DNA of 64,000 bases from Lama guanicoe (GCA_013239625.1 MU053376.1:1698833-1762832); one strand, 5' to 3'. Counted from the first letter of the stretch, positions 37,031 through 50,666 are shown. Numbers and translations are program-made. Notes: a model not told the origin generated them from the letters alone.

Positions 37031-39849
37031 GCATCCAAAAATGAGGCAGGAAGAGTGCTGGAAGTTTCCATGGTCTCATCCCTCTTGACAAATTCTAGAA
37101 GGGAGATCGCTGGCTTTCTTATTAATAAATGAAGAAGATGAGGTTCAGGGACCTTAAGCACCTTGTCTGCTGACCACCCTCTGCCAGCTTAAACAGTGTT
37201 TATTATATGCAAGCTGATTTAATTGCAATGTGTACAGACTGTTACAAAGTGCTTTTGCCCACACATTGTCTCTAAGTGTTGAGCCAGGGATTGTGGAACT
37301 AAAGTATGGACCAGACCTGATCCCAGCCACCAACGTGCTCATAAACAGAATAATCTGTAGAAAGTGTCTAGTTACTCTAAAATTTATTGGCCCCTCCTGT
37401 TCACCTGGAGCTTTGTAGGAACTAGCAAGATGAATCCTGAATACTGCTTAAGTTGCTTGCAATTCTTTGTCTGGCTGACTTAGCCTTGGCACTGAATTGT
37501 ATTCATCTCAAGTCACTGTAAAAATTCTTTCCCCCAGGTCACCAAGTTGCATTCATCTCTAGTACTTTCTTGCAGAAACGCTTTCCCCCAGATTACTAAT
37601 TAGAAATTTTGGATGACTTATTTTCCTCCTAAAAAATTGTCAGGACCCACATCTATAAACACATGTGCCTGGAGGTGTGGCTTATCTGGTTGAGACTCAC
37701 AGTTGCTATTTCTGGCTAACTTGAATCTCACCCTTTATGTCCATTTTAGACTCATGGCGTTCTAGAACAACAAAATGTCAGAACTAAATCTATTTAGCTC
37801 ACCTCCCCCAGTGTCGAGACAGAGAAACTGAGGCTCCAAGAGAGGAAGCAATGTGTCCATGGTGGCTGCATTTATGAAGTTGCTGAGCCGGAATGCTGAT
37901 CTAGGTTCTCCTTTCCTGTTCCAGATGTGTCCTGATCGCCTCGGGAGAGGCCCCTGCCATGCTGACCAGAGCTGATGGAAATCCAGAGACAATTTCCCTG
38001 ACACTCGGGACAAAGGTGACGCTTTAACCCTCTGCTGTCCCCTTCTCTGCGGCATTTGACAGGCCCTATCTCCTTCCTTTTCACAACTGGGTACTTTGAC
38101 CTTCTCTGTCCTCGGTACATGAACATGGTGACAGTCATAGGAACAGGGACTGTTTAGGACCAAGGACCTTCCAAGACCATGTGGCTTTGTACATTGAGTT
38201 GTTCATACCTCCCATCTGAAAATCATGAGTGAGCCCAGTTTTCTTACACAGCCCTATGGAAATGGGTGCATTTATACAGTTAAGGCAATTTTGGGTTGAA
38301 TCTTCTCTTCTGGTCTGAGGATCACCCCTTCTTGAGCATCTACATATGCCAGGCACTCAGCCAAGCTTCTTAAATACTGCGCGTGGTGTGGGGAAGGCTC
38401 CAGCCCCCAACAGCCTGGGTTTCAATTCTTTCCCCTCCATGTGTGGAAGCCACACCTCCAGTCACACGTATTTATAGGTGCAGGCACTGCCAGTATTTAG
38501 GAGGGAAACAAATCATCATAACATTTCTAATTCATAATTTGGGGGAAAGCATTTTTGCAAGAACATACTAAAGATAAATGCAACTTGGTGATTGGGGGGA
38601 AAGCATTTTTACAGACAAGTACTTGAGATGCATGCAACTTAGTGCCAAGACCAAATCAGCAAGACAAGCCTGGTTCTCTCATACAGTAAAATGGGGACAA
38701 CAACAGCTGTCTATCTCATAAAGTTGCTATTCTGAGGATTAAGTAAGATAATTTAAGCAAAATGTTTTGCATGATGCTGGCGAGTAGTAAACACATGACA
38801 TGTGTGAGTTTAAAAAAAAAGGAAACAGGTGACATCCTCATTTTTCCCATAAAACACTGAGGCCTGAAGAGAAAGCAGCTCACAGCAAGGAAGGCTAGCG
38901 CTGGAATCCCCAGCCCAGTCCATCTGGCCACTAAGTCCCTGCACTGCGCCGTTCTCCAGCCCTTACGTGTGAGGTTGCCCGGCGATGTACTGAGCTTTCT
39001 TCAGTGTCCTCTTATTCCCATGTGGTCGAATCTATACTGAACCTTGTTGAAGACAATCAGTTCCGCTAAAGCCGTCCCCTGCAGCCGGGGTCGGCAGACA
39101 CCATTAACTGGAGTATGATGCCCCTGACTCAACCCATCCGTTGCCTGTTCTTCAGATGATACCCTCTCAGTGCTCCTCTCTGAATATCCTATTGCTTGGG
39201 GATCTCTTTTTCCTCCGAAACACTACATATTATTGATACCACGCCTTCTGACAATTCATCATATTTCATTCTGGCATCTCGCGTGTGTTTTGATTTTTTG
39301 CACATTAATGTCCTGATTTTCCCAGTACAATATGAGCTCTTGGAAGTTCAGATAGCGTCCTCCCCTTCTTCATGACCATCAGGGTATTTCAGGACATGCA
39401 ACACAGACCATTCGATACAAATTTGATTGACTGAAATTTAGACCCGTAGCTGATTGTCTCAATGTTCTGTTAATATGGTGGATACAATTTAGATGTGAAT
39501 AGAATGTTTATGTAGATAAATTTGGTCTCATGCTAATTTAAGCTACTAGAATTTCTGAGATTGTTTCCATGCTCTTAAAATATTTTTTTTTTCCTGATTG
39601 GAAAAATCATTCACAACATTTCGATATCCAGTTTTGTTAACATTTAGGTACATTTCCCTCCATTTTCCATTTTTGAACAGGGCATATTTAAAGAGAAGCC
39701 CCAATTTAATTTCCATAAATTTGTATTCATGAGAAAATCTATATTTGATATGCAAAGTTATTGTCAACCAATTACTCTGGATTTGGTGAACTGAATCAGG
39801 TGAATTGGTGGTGGGGGTTATTGCTAAACTAAGAGACAAAAATTTTTGA

Positions 39850-41320
39850 TAACGTAGAGTTTATTTCCTTTACAAATATTCATTCTTTTTATGTTTACAT
39901 TTTACAGAGTTGTGATCATATTGTGGATCATATGTACACAATAAAGTGCAGGCTAGACATAACCGTCTTGTACTTTTTCACAGAACAGGCTTCCCCGGAT
40001 TAATTTTTCCTAAACATAATTTTAAATGTCTGTATAGTATCCCCTTGTATACCCTTACCCTAATTAACTTCATTTTTGGTTTTCAATTAGATTGTTCTGC
40101 TTTTTTCACTTTTATAAACCACTCTGGGTAGAGCCACCTTGCAGTGACAGCTTTGGTCTCATTCCAGATTGTTTGTGAATGGTTTGTTTCAGGAATTTTA
40201 CCAGTTTATCATTTGGGAAGTGTGAGGCTTTTTTTAACAATTTTTGTAAAAAAAAAAAAGTAATATCTTTTAAAGTTATGTGCTGTACATATTTTTTCTT
40301 GGTTTTTTTTTGCCTGTTTGCCTTTAAATTTTATTTTAACATATTAAGTTTTAATATTTTAGAGCAGAATCTGTTTTTCTTATATAATATATGTGGTGTG
40401 GGCTCCGGCCTCATCTGCTGTTGGTTTCTGTGATTTCTTCTGTTCATACAAACTGAGAAATTCTTCTCTCATCTGGGGATTTAATGAATACTATTGAATA
40501 TGTGAATATCCAATTCTATTTCCTTCTAATTTTAATATCTCAACTTAAAAATATTTACCTCCATAGTCCCTTTGGAATTTATTTTGGTATGTCACATATG
40601 AATCTAAGATATTTTCCTTTTCCTTCTAGGTAGCTAACTATTACCCTGTGGGCAACATTTCTTAAATAACCCTTTCCTTCCCTCCCCCTGCTTTGTGAAC
40701 CACTTCTATAATATATGTTATACGTATAGGCAGATTTTACAAGTCTAGACTACTTTTAAAAAGTGGTATGTCTGGAACCCACCTTGTCACAATTCATTAT
40801 CAAACCTGTTTCAACCCTTCTGGATTGTAATTATTTTCTCCCGGATAAACATCTGAATAATTTTGAGGACTAAAAAATTCTCACTGTAACTTTGATTGAA
40901 ATTATATTGAACCAATAAATCGGTTTCAAAGTGATTTTTTTCTTAGCCTCCACTCTCCCAATCTGAAACATCATATATGCGTTTCTATTAAAGTCTTTTA
41001 GGTTTCTTAGTAAATTTCTACCATTTTCTTCACAATAACTTTCTTATAATGAATATTGTCCTTAGATATATTGGTTGTGATGGTTGCTAAGGCTCCTGGT
41101 TCCCCTTACCCCCAATTCCATTTTCTGTCTTTTGCTAGAATAATAGAAAGGGTGGCTGGTAACTTTAGAATATTCATCATGCCCTCAGGACTTTCCTGAG
41201 CAGTCTCATTAATTTCACTAGTTTTTCAATTGATTTTTGAGGGGATGTCTTTAAAAAAATCGCATCTTTTGCAAATAAAGAGAACCTTGACTTTTCCTTG
41301 TCCCATTTCTTTCATACATC
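39850..41320 (-). mobile_element. Ancient degraded L1 fragments
   Basis: AT-rich, with degenerate L1-like motifs ('ttgattgaaattatattgaa', 'ctggaatttattttggtat'-like, 'catcttttgcaaataaagag'). Confidence 0.5.
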
Positions 41321-41379
41321 CGTTGTTAGTTGAGGCTCCAGCATCAGCCTGTCTGGGCACAAAACCCCATTAACTCTTC

Positions 41380-41550
41380 TCATTATCTTGGCCAACTTAC
41401 CTCACTTCTCTGAGCCTGAGTTTGCCCTCTGTAAAACGGAAATAATAACATTACCTACCTCCTAGGGTGGTTGTGAGAATCTGACGAGTTAATACATGCC
41501 AAAGCGTCTGCTACAGAAAGTAACACTCAGTAAATATTCAATATTATTAT
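41380..41550 (+). mobile_element. MIR SINE (representative; further MIRs at ~7090, 24510, 34790, 36150, 42220, 44200, 55740, 61440)
   Basis: MIR core 'ttacctcacttctctgagcct.agttt.ccctctgtaaaa.ggaaataataa..tacctacctcctagggtggttgtgagaat'. Confidence 0.8.
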
Positions 41551-43111
41551 TATAGGTTGGAGGAACTTCCAACTTCTAGAAATTAGAGTTTCTAGGACTA
41601 ATTTTTAAAAATGCTTAAAAAAGCAGACATCCTTGCTCTCACATAACTGCTGAGATATTTGACCATTGGGTAAGATGTTGGTTATTGGCACAGAAGGGCT
41701 ATTCTTTATTAGAAGAAGAAACAATCCTCACATATTAATTTTATTAACTTAAAAAAAACGAGCATTCAATTTTATCGAATGTTCTTGGGCATTTTACTGA
41801 GATCATCGTTTAAAAATTCATCATTTAAAAATCCAGCCCCAACTGCACTGTTGTATTTATACGCTGTAACAGTTGCGGGTCATGATTGACAGTTAGACCC
41901 TTGAGTCAGATGGGCTTGAGTTTTAAACTTGACTCTTCCAGTAGGGGGACCAGGGCAAATGCTCAACCTCTCTGAGCCGCACTGTCCTCATCTAGGAAAT
42001 GCTGATAACGTCTATTAGAGCAAGAGGATTAAAACAGCACATTGCAAATACTCAACATTAGTTCTCATTATTGTAATAATTGATTTCCTGGACATCCTTG
42101 TAATAACTTTTGATATTATCATGTATTCACCTCTGTACTCATAAGTGAGATGAGCGTGCAGAGTCTTCCATCTTTCTCTGTGCCTTGGATCTTCTCATAT
42201 AGCATAAAAATTAAGTGTAATAGTGGCCATTTGTTGGATGCTTTTTACTATGTGACAGAAGCTATAATAGCCGCTTCACATACCTCATCTTATTTCATCC
42301 TCAGAAGCAGGTGTCATTTATATTCATCTTATCTAATCCTGAGAATTAGTTATTATCACTCTCATCTTATAGGTAAGAAAACAGAGGTTTTGAGAGGTTG
42401 AATGACTAGACCAAACTCATGCAGAGAATGAGCTGGGATGTGAACCCAAGCTGTCTGGCTCCAAGTTCTCTGCCTTTAGCAGCTGGATACCAGGCTGCTT
42501 CCTAGCCTGCTTTCTTGTTATTTTGTTTCGGTTTTCATCTGTTTAAGTTTGTTCTGCCTTATGGAGTGAATTTTGCTAATTTATATTTTTCTAGGAAATC
42601 ATTAATTTTACTGAGGTTTCATGAAAGGACAATCTTAGTAATCTCACAATTTTTAACCTCCTCTGTTTCTGTGGTTATATTCATGATTAGTTTGGTTTCT
42701 TTATGTTCCCTTCTTTTCTTGATTCTTCAAAACTGCATATTAATTTAGGGGAAAAGTCTAGTAATGTGAAGGAGGCTGATGAGATTATAAAATGGAAACA
42801 AATTTTTTTTCTTTCAAAATATTCCATTTCCATCCACTACACTTCCCTTTCTGCTTCTCTACTTCAGTCTAGAAAGAATCTTAGGAAGACTGTCAAGTGC
42901 TGAGCCTAGAAAGGACCGCTACCTGTCCCAGGTTACGCAGGTGGCAAATGACAGCCAGGAGGAGGAGCAAGGCCCTGGTCTCCCTGTCTTGTTCTCTTTC
43001 TACTATAGCACATACACCTGTGTTATAGCTCAAAGTGTTCATTTTAAAAATAATAAATTAATGAAGATTACCAAAAATTATTTTTAAAAGCTTTATGAAA
43101 AAACCTTTGCT

Positions 43112-43200
43112 GGGGGAGGGTATAGCTCAGTGGTAGAGCACATGCTTAGTATGCACAAGGTCCTGCGTTCCATTCCCTGTGCCTCCATTAAAAAAAAAAT
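43112..43200 (+). mobile_element. tRNA-derived SINE (vic-1-like), short form
   Basis: 'ggggagggtatagctcagtggtagagcacatgcttagtatgcacaaggtcctgcgttccattccctgtgcctcca' plus poly-A. Confidence 0.9.
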
Positions 43201-43235
43201 CCTTACAACTACTTAATTTTAAAAGATTCATTGTC

Positions 43236-43385
43236 GGGGGAGGGTATAGCTCAGTGGTAGAGCATATGCTTAACATGCACAAGGTCCTGGGTTCCATCCC
43301 CAGTGCCTCCGTTTAAAAAAAAAGGGAAAATTAATAAATAAACCTAATTACTTCCTCTACCAAAAGAAAAATTAAAAAAAAAGAT
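43236..43385 (+). mobile_element. tRNA-derived SINE (vic-1-like), long form
   Basis: Same head as 43112, plus a 3' 'aataaataaacctaattacttcctc' module and an A-rich tail. Confidence 0.9.
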
Positions 43386-43876
43386 AAAAGATTGATCAAG
43401 TCAACCTGGCAATACTAATTACAATTACTTTAATCCATATGATTTTCATATAAATCATCTACGGTTGTGGTTTTGTTTTAAAGCACTCTTTCTAGAACAT
43501 ATCTACCCAAAGAAAGCATGGAGTCAGACAGCAAAGCTCTTTATTTCACCTCTTTTGTTATGCTGTGCCTACTAGGAAGAGCGTGAGAGAGCTCCTTTAT
43601 CAAGAGAAAAGGAAACAATAAAATAGAATGCATCCCTAACTGGAAGTCTCAGTATTGCCACCAGGTCTGAAGCAAACAGAAGAAATGCTCTTAGCCCTCT
43701 GCTGACACGTGGTTTGGCGGCACCTGGCAGGACACTACAGTAATGTGGGGCTGGGTGTCAAAACCCGAAAGAGGGCAGGACAGTTCCATCCTGCCAATGG
43801 AACACCAAACTCTCACATGGTCCAGGCATAATTTCACAACATAATTACCTCAAAATGCTCATTTCCCGGTTGTCTA

Positions 43877-43921
43877 GTGTGTGTGAGTGTGTGTGTGTGT
43901 GTGTGTGCGCGCACGCATGCA
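43877..43921. repeat. (GT)n microsatellite running into an alternating purine-pyrimidine GC tract
   Basis: gtgtgtgtgagtgtgtgt...gcgcgcacgcatgca. Confidence 0.95.
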
Positions 43922-44551
43922 CGCAAAGGAGCAGATGTTTCTGCTGCCTGTCTGATCAGCAATCTGCAATTGCACCCCAAGGAACAACCTGCTCATTGCG
44001 GTTAGGGGCCATTAGCTACTTAAATAATGACATCTGTCGTAATTTTCATACCTCATCCTGCCCAGATTTTATCTACAAACTGTACTCAAAATGAGTGCGT
44101 AAGTTTCCTAAAATAGACCAACCCAATTTTAATATATTGCACTGTTCTAAGTCTCCATCTTGGTGAAATGCTTTAGGATTGAATAAAACCTGATAATTGA
44201 TAATTACTGAGTGCTTCCCACATGCCGGGCATTGTATTTAGGTCTTTACAAACATCATAACTCTCTGAGCCCACAAAGGACTCTGTGAGGTAGACGCTAC
44301 CATTGACCCATTTTACAGGTACAGAAACTGAGACACAGAGACGTTCAATAATTTACACCTAGAAGGGAACAGAACTTGGATCCACCCTGAGATTGGATTT
44401 TTATGCTATATGTTGACAGGTACTGTGTGTCATTTGGCCAGTAAGATGTTCATAGTATATTAAAATTATGCAAGGAAGGGTAAGCAACATAGTTTTGCAT
44501 AAACAGACAAAATAAGATACTGATTTTTAAATGATGGAACATTTATTTAAT

Positions 44552-44745
44552 GCAGTGATTCTCAACTAGGGGCAAGAGCAATTGCCTCAGGGGGACGTTT
44601 GGAAATGTGTGAGGTCATTTTTGGTCATTTTGGTTGTCACATTAACCTGTTACACCTGTTACTGGTGGTCTCCCAGGATGCTGAGTGTCTGGAAATCCAC
44701 ATAACAATTCTAGACAACGAGGAACTGTCTGCCTCTGAATGTTGG
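44552..44745. mobile_element. MER20-like element
   Basis: 'gcagtgattctcaac...cagggggacgtttggaaatgtgtg...tttggttgtcaca...ccaggatgctg'. Confidence 0.65.
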
Positions 44746-45114
44746 AGAGGGTATCAGAAAATTACTGGTAACGTGGAATAGTAGTAATTTTAACTGATGC
44801 TATAAAACTGAAAGTGGCAAACTCAAATGCCTTCGGGGATCAGTCAGGGACTGAAAAGTACATTGCCCACCTTAGGGCATCCACACACAAATCCTTAAAG
44901 CATATTATCAAATAAAATCATCTAGGCGTCAAATTCGGCCTGTGAGGCCCCAGACTGGGGCTTTTTAGTGGAGGTTTTTCTGATCTGATGACAAGTTTAC
45001 GATGTATTAAGTGAAGAGGAAAAGCTGCTCATCAGTATGATGCCCTGTTTAGAATAGGTTGTATATATGTATATTTATACATGGCTACAGACTGACTATA
45101 TATGTACGTAGATT

Positions 45115-45148
<34 letters not shown>

Positions 45149-45154
45149 TATATA
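45115..45154. repeat. (TA)n microsatellite
   Basis: TA run with one 'caca' interruption. Confidence 0.95.
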
Positions 45155-45595
45155 TTTTTTTTTACTAAAATAATTTAAAACCGTTATGGAGTGAAATTTG
45201 GGGTGATTCTGTGAAATGTTTTGCTTACTTGCATTTTTAATTCTTGTATTACAAATACCTATTAGTTGTTTAATTTTTAATAAATAAAGAGAAAGAGGAG
45301 GCTTTAAAAAAATTAAAACTTGGAGCACGGTTTATGGTGGCTTCTTAGCCAACCCATCTGATAGAAGAGGGGGAACCATTTCTATGATTAAGGACAAATG
45401 AGACACAATATGAGATAATCAGTACTAAAGTGCTAAAGTGCCTTTGAAAAAAGAACATTGTCAATTCCCCACACACGCTGGCCTAGTTTCTAGCCCTTTT
45501 CCATTATTCTTTTTCTTGTCTTTTGTGATATAATAAAATTTTCCTGGTAAAGTCCAATCTTTTTGCAGCTGCCCCAGAAATCAGGATTAGTACTG

Positions 45596-45730
45596 ATTTT
45601 TTTTTAATTCTTTTTTGGTGGGGAGATCATTTGGTTTATTTACTTATTTAATGGAGGTACAGGGAAATTGAACCCAAGATCTTGTGCATGCTAAGCATGT
45701 GCTCTACCTCTGAGCTATACCCCCTACCCC
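45596..45730 (-). mobile_element. tRNA-derived SINE (vic-1-like)
   Basis: 'ttaatggaggtacagggaaattgaaccca..atcttgtgcatgctaagcatgtgctctacctctgagctatacccc'. Confidence 0.88.
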
Positions 45731-47079
45731 AAGATCGGTACTGAAGTTTGCTTGAGAAATCAGTCTCTGTTGAAATTTTAGGAAGTCTTGTCCAAAATAA
45801 GACAAGAACAGGGCATTTAAAATATATCAACGCCATTTTTTCAATCAAGTCCCCTTATCCAGCAAGAGCACAGGTTTTTGTGAATAATTGCCTTCTCACT
45901 TCATCATCATTGTGATGTTTTATTTCCAGCGTTCTGGTGCTGTAAATATTATTCTGTCCCTGAGCTTACTTTCTGGAGTTTGCTGATCACTGGGGGATGC
46001 TGGATTTCTACGCGCCTGTCTTGAGAGTTCAAGGAGGTGGGAGGCGGGCAATTTCTCGAGGTCCTCTTCCCTGCCGTCTGGGTCAGGGCCCACCTCCTGC
46101 CTCGTGGTGGCCCCTTCCTACCCACACCAGAGCGAGCTAACGCAGCCGTCCTGCAGGAGGGTCCTCAGAAGCCCTGACGCGCAGGAGGCGGCTTTCTGGT
46201 GCTTCTCGGCACCAGGGTGTTGGGTGCTGGAATGAAGCAGAGGGAGGGAAAGGGGAACTCTCCTACTTAGAACATTCCCACCCTCCATCTCCCCTGACCC
46301 CTTTCACGAGCTGAGTCTATACATAATGAATCCAAGTCTGGATCCTGAAACCATCTTTATAAATTAAACTAAATAGAACTCTTTAAGGGTGAGGATGTTA
46401 GGTGTACATTGTTCGTCTAATTTGAAAAACAAAGGGTGGATAGAGTTAAGTTCCTTTGGAAAATGTGTCTAGAATTTATTATGTAGGAAAGAGGGGCTTA
46501 AACAAATCTGCTGACTAAATTGGGTATATGTTGCTCCCAACTTTTGACTTCGTTTCCAAGAACTGGCTCATTGGCTTGTGAAGAGTGTAGGGGAGAAGGT
46601 GGTATTTCCTTTCTGGAGACGTCCAGCTGGCCAACACCCACAGTCCCGGGGAGGCGGTGATGGCAAACCCTGCACCCTCCCTCCCTGGTTACTGCCTCCC
46701 CTCTCTCCCGACTCGGTCCAAGCCCCACTTGGATAGCCCCAGTGTGAGAACTACAGGGAAAAACAGAAATGCTCGGACTCTCCACACTGCTCTTATCACT
46801 TGGAAACCCCGATTGGGAAAATAAGCCTTATGGGCAACAGAAGGCTTTTCAGCGGTGACCGTCTGCAGCAGGACAGTGGGTGCTGGGCGGCCCCATCTTG
46901 TGCTGAGTAAACACCATTTCAAACGCTTGGAAACTGTCCTGGCTTTGTCATAGTACACTCCGCATTCGGCAACACATTGATGGAAATTATTAGCTGAGTT
47001 TTAAAATAAACTTACTCATGAGGGTTGAAGGGCATCCACAGTCCTTGGCCTAAAGCCCAACGAAGCTGTGAAGGGTGCG

Positions 47080-47126
47080 TGAGTGTGTATGTGAGTGTGT
47101 GTGTGTGTGTGTGTGTAAGTGTGTGT
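47080..47126. repeat. Imperfect (GT)n microsatellite
   Basis: Direct reading of the sequence. Confidence 0.9.
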
Positions 47127-47640
47127 AGATCTGAGCTTCTTCACGGGATCTCTCCCAGTGCGTTCACTCCAGTCGGACCTCTTTGTGCCTCCAGCAGCAG
47201 GTTAAGGCTCTCGCGAGCAGAGACGAATGGTTGGGGATGTAGGTGTGGACGTAGATCTTAGATCTGTGTGATTGCAGACACGTCCTCGCATCACTCCTAA
47301 TGAAAGGAGGGTCATGAGATCTATCGGTCATGGGATTTTACAAATCAGATAGGCTGGCGCGTGTGCCGGGGGCTCAGCACGGTGGCTGGCACCAAGTGAG
47401 CGCCCGCTGGCTGGCAGGTGCAAATATTGTCACTGCCTATTTTGTAGGTTCAGAAACTGAAATCTGGAGAGAGGAAAGCAAACGACCCCTCAGCAGCCTC
47501 CTGCAGGTCTCCGGACAGCCCACTGGCAGCACGACGTGGAGACGAGGTACCCAGGTGGCTCCGCCCACATCCCTTCCGGCTGCCTCCGAGAGAGCCTGAG
47601 CCCCACTCACGACCCGCGGCTGCCCTGCGAGGAGCTCACG

Positions 47641-47651
47641 ATGCTGACGGA
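47641..47651 (+). CDS. RHEX: RHEX first coding exon (ATG; MLTE split codon)
   Basis: acgATGCTGACGGA|gtgagt. Human RHEX starts MLTE, from recall. Confidence 0.85.
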
Positions 47652-47884
47652 GTGAGTGGTCCAGGAAGAGCCAGCGCGGGTTCCAATCCTGCTGACGGAT
47701 GTACCTGGCTTCCAAGCGTGCACACCACCCTCCCCAGCTCCTAAACCTTCCCGTTCCAAGAGAGAAAGGGACCCGAGACACATGGCAACACCTGCAGGCT
47801 GCCTCTAGCTGGGGGCAGGGATGGGTGTGTAGCTGTCTCAGCATTTCTGCAAACTCTGACCTGACCCTCTGCCTCTCCCAACAG

Positions 47885-47985
47885 AGAAATGAAGCTCTGG
47901 CACGGCATGGTGATGGCAGCGGTGTCACTCATACTGCAGGCCTGCCTCCTTGCAGCCATCAACTACCTGCTCAGCAGGCACATAG
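47885..47985 (+). CDS. RHEX: RHEX transmembrane exon (EEMKLWHGMVMAAVSLILQACLLAAINYLLSRHI)
   Basis: ccaacag| and ATAG|gtaact. 101 nt, phase 2 to 1. Similar to the recalled human 'WHGLVIAVVSLFLQACFLTAINYLLSRH'. Confidence 0.93.
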
Positions 47986-48284
47986 GTAACTAACTGGCTT
48001 AACATTCTCTTTCCTCCTGGTCCCCCCTAAGGGACCACTCCCGAGCCTGCAGCACGATGAGCCCCCTTCGGAGTTGAACATCACTTGAAAACCTACTTGA
48101 GCATCCGCCGGCCAGATGCCCCCTCACTTGCCAACCTCTCAGCGTTAATCCCTACTCTGACCCAACCTAACTGTGGTTGGGAATGATGGTCCAGGGTCCT
48201 TCCAACACCCAGACCTTCTACCTGAAGACAAGCTCCTGCACTGCTCGTGAGGGTGGGCTCACTTAACCTGAGCCTAATGAATTT

Positions 48285-48379
48285 CCTTTTTCTTTCTTGG
48301 AAATTTTTTTAATCTTTTTAAGTGGAGGTACCAGGGACTGAATCTAGGACCTCGTGCATGCTAAGCATACACTCTTCCA
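48285..48379 (-). mobile_element. 5'-truncated vic-1-like SINE in a RHEX intron, with TSD
   Basis: Flanked by 'ctgagcctaatga(a/g)ttt' at 48268-48284 and 48380-48396. Confidence 0.8.
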
Positions 48380-48624
48380 CTGAGCCTAATGAGTTTTCTT
48401 TATCACCACCAAGGGACTGGATGTGAAGAATCGGCTTGAATTGCAACAGGAGGGAGTATGGTTAGACGAAGAGATTAGCTTCAATTCTCAAACTGATTTA
48501 CAGTGGAAAGTAGGAAGCTGTGTCCTGGGAAGGCGTTACAATAGGGAAAATCAAATAACACTGCTCTGGCTGAGCTAAGACAGGGCATCGGGCAGGATGT
48601 GTGAGTCCAGACTTCTCTAGTCAT

Positions 48625-49070
48625 CCATTCATTCATTCAATATACAGGGAACAAAGCAACGATCCTTGCCCTTAAAGACCTTATGTTCCATGGGGAACAT
48701 AGACAACAAACAAGATAAAGAAGTAAAATGTGTGTGAGGTCATGGTAAGTGCTGGAGAGAGAAAAATGAAACAAGGCAAGGAGATGTGGATGGCTGGGGA
48801 TCGGCATCCCTGAGATGCTAATGTGCGAGTCTAAACCTGGGGGATGTGAAGCAGTGAGTCACACCAACAGGAGCCATGAACCAGGAGAGTGGTTGCTCAT
48901 AACAGCAGGAGCAAAGAGGCAGGGGTGGCTGGAGCAGTGGGGATGAGGCAGGAGGAGTGAGGCCGTGAGGACCTTCAGGCTGGGACTTGGGCTTTTACAC
49001 CAAGTAAGGAAAGGGCGTTGCAAGGCTTTGAGCAGAGGAGTGCCGGGATTTGAAGAGATCCCACTGATCA
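48625..49070 (-). mobile_element. L2 fragment
   Basis: 'cattcattcattcaa', 'tccttgcccttaaag.ccttatgttc', 'ggctttgagcagaggagtg'. Confidence 0.7.
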
Positions 49071-49152
49071 TTTTGCCCTAATGAGAGCTGTGCTCAGAGA
49101 TAGGATGGGTCTGACCCAGTGAACTTCCACTTTTGACCTTTGCCCTCTCTAG

Positions 49153-49290
49153 TCAAGGAGAATGAACGGATACTGAAAAGGGCCAGGCTCCAGATCTCCA
49201 GCTCTGCCCACCATCACCCACCTGCTGCCAAGGAGGTAAAGGAGACTGGGGCAAAGAGAAGCACCCCTGTGTCTGAGCCCCGTTACCAGG
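49153..49290 (+). CDS. RHEX: RHEX exon (VKENERILKRARLQISSSAHHHPPAAKEVKETGAKRSTPVSEPRYQ)
   Basis: ctctctag| and CAGG|gtgagt. 138 nt, phase 1 to 1. The HHHPPA motif is as in human RHEX. Confidence 0.92.
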
Positions 49291-50604
49291 GTGAGTACCG
49301 GGGCTGGGGGTGAGGGGAGGACCTGGCAGAAAGCTTATTCTCTATGTCTGGACACCTAGGAGCCTCCCTGCGGCAGCCCCAGTCCATCCCGTCCAAACCA
49401 CTAGCCCCAGGATTCCCCTCACCCTCCCCAGTAATGGGGTCCCGATACCCGCCCCACCTCCCCCTGTTTTCAGAAGGTCCTCACCAGTGGGACAGATCAT
49501 GTTGGGTTTGTGTGGATCTGCACTCTTTCCCAGCTTTGGTCATGTGTGAATGGCTGCAGGGGGGCTTGGGGACCATCCGTGGTCCTGTCTTTATGACACT
49601 ATAGCATCTTTTCTTCCGCCTGCCAGCAGAGCCAAGATTTCAACCACCTCTGCCTGCCCTCAGCCGTAGCATCTGGGTGTTTTAATAAATACAAGCGTTA
49701 TTGATGGTTGGCATCTACAGCCCCTCCCGCAAGTGAACCAACAGGAACACCACCCTCTCGTTTTCTCTCGCTTGGCTCTGGAGACCCGCCGGGTCACTAT
49801 TCACACAATGGAAACTGCTGCTTCCGCAGCAAGAGACTCACTCGCCAGAGATTGCTCTTTCCGCTGCTTGATCTCTTGGTTGATTTGAGTTTGCTCCGTC
49901 CTTTAAATTTTATCTTCGCAGTTGGAGAAATCTGCTTGTCAGTCTTCCTAGGCACTGAGATAAATAAGGCTTCAGCGCGTGTGGGAATCAGAGGATACCA
50001 CTCGCATGAATTCAGGGTTTCAGTGGGATGAGAGAGGCACTGGCCTCACCACCATCCCTGGTCCAGAAGCATCACTGGAGTCTGGGCAGAATCAGAGACA
50101 TTTTGGTGGGTGGGGACCTCAGAGATCATCATCCAACCCTCTTGTTTTACAGGGAACAAAACCAGGGCACAAAAAGGCATGTCACCTGCCTGGAGTTTGT
50201 TTAGACTAGAAGCTGTGCCTGTGACTTCTGGGGCCAGAGCTGTTTGCAAGGGTCACAGTGGCTCAGCTGGTCCCCACCTACTCCTCCTTCCAACAGACAG
50301 TCCTTCCCAAACACAGGCCAGCCTAGTGGGTTTCATATCACTTTCAGATGAAATGGGACAGAGCAGCAGTGCCTGGACCCTTGGACACTTTCCTGACTAT
50401 TTGGGTAGACTCTCTCCCTTCCCCACTCTTCTCTGTCTTATTCCTCTTTTCTCTTTGGGGGGCTCTGAATCTCTCTTCCCCCCTCCTCTTTGAATTTTTG
50501 GCTCTGCCTCTGTCTCTGTCTCATTCTCCCTTCTGTTGCTGCTCTCGTCTCTTAACACCCTCTGGGTTTTTTTTAGAAGAAGAACAGTTTCTATTTCTCC
50601 CTAG

Positions 50605-50666
50605 ATGACAGCGACACATCCTCCAACAGCTCGGACAGCTCGGACAGCTCGTCTCCCACCCACCAG
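50605..50666 (+). CDS. RHEX: RHEX Ser/Asp-rich exon (DDSDTSSNSSDSSDSSSPTHQ)
   Basis: ttctccctag| and CAG|gtaagg. 62 nt, phase 1 to 0. Confidence 0.92.

Noticed and set aside
43112..43195. tRNA-like sequence with A and B boxes
   Set aside because: Multi-copy, diverged and poly-A tailed, so it is a SINE and not a tRNA gene.
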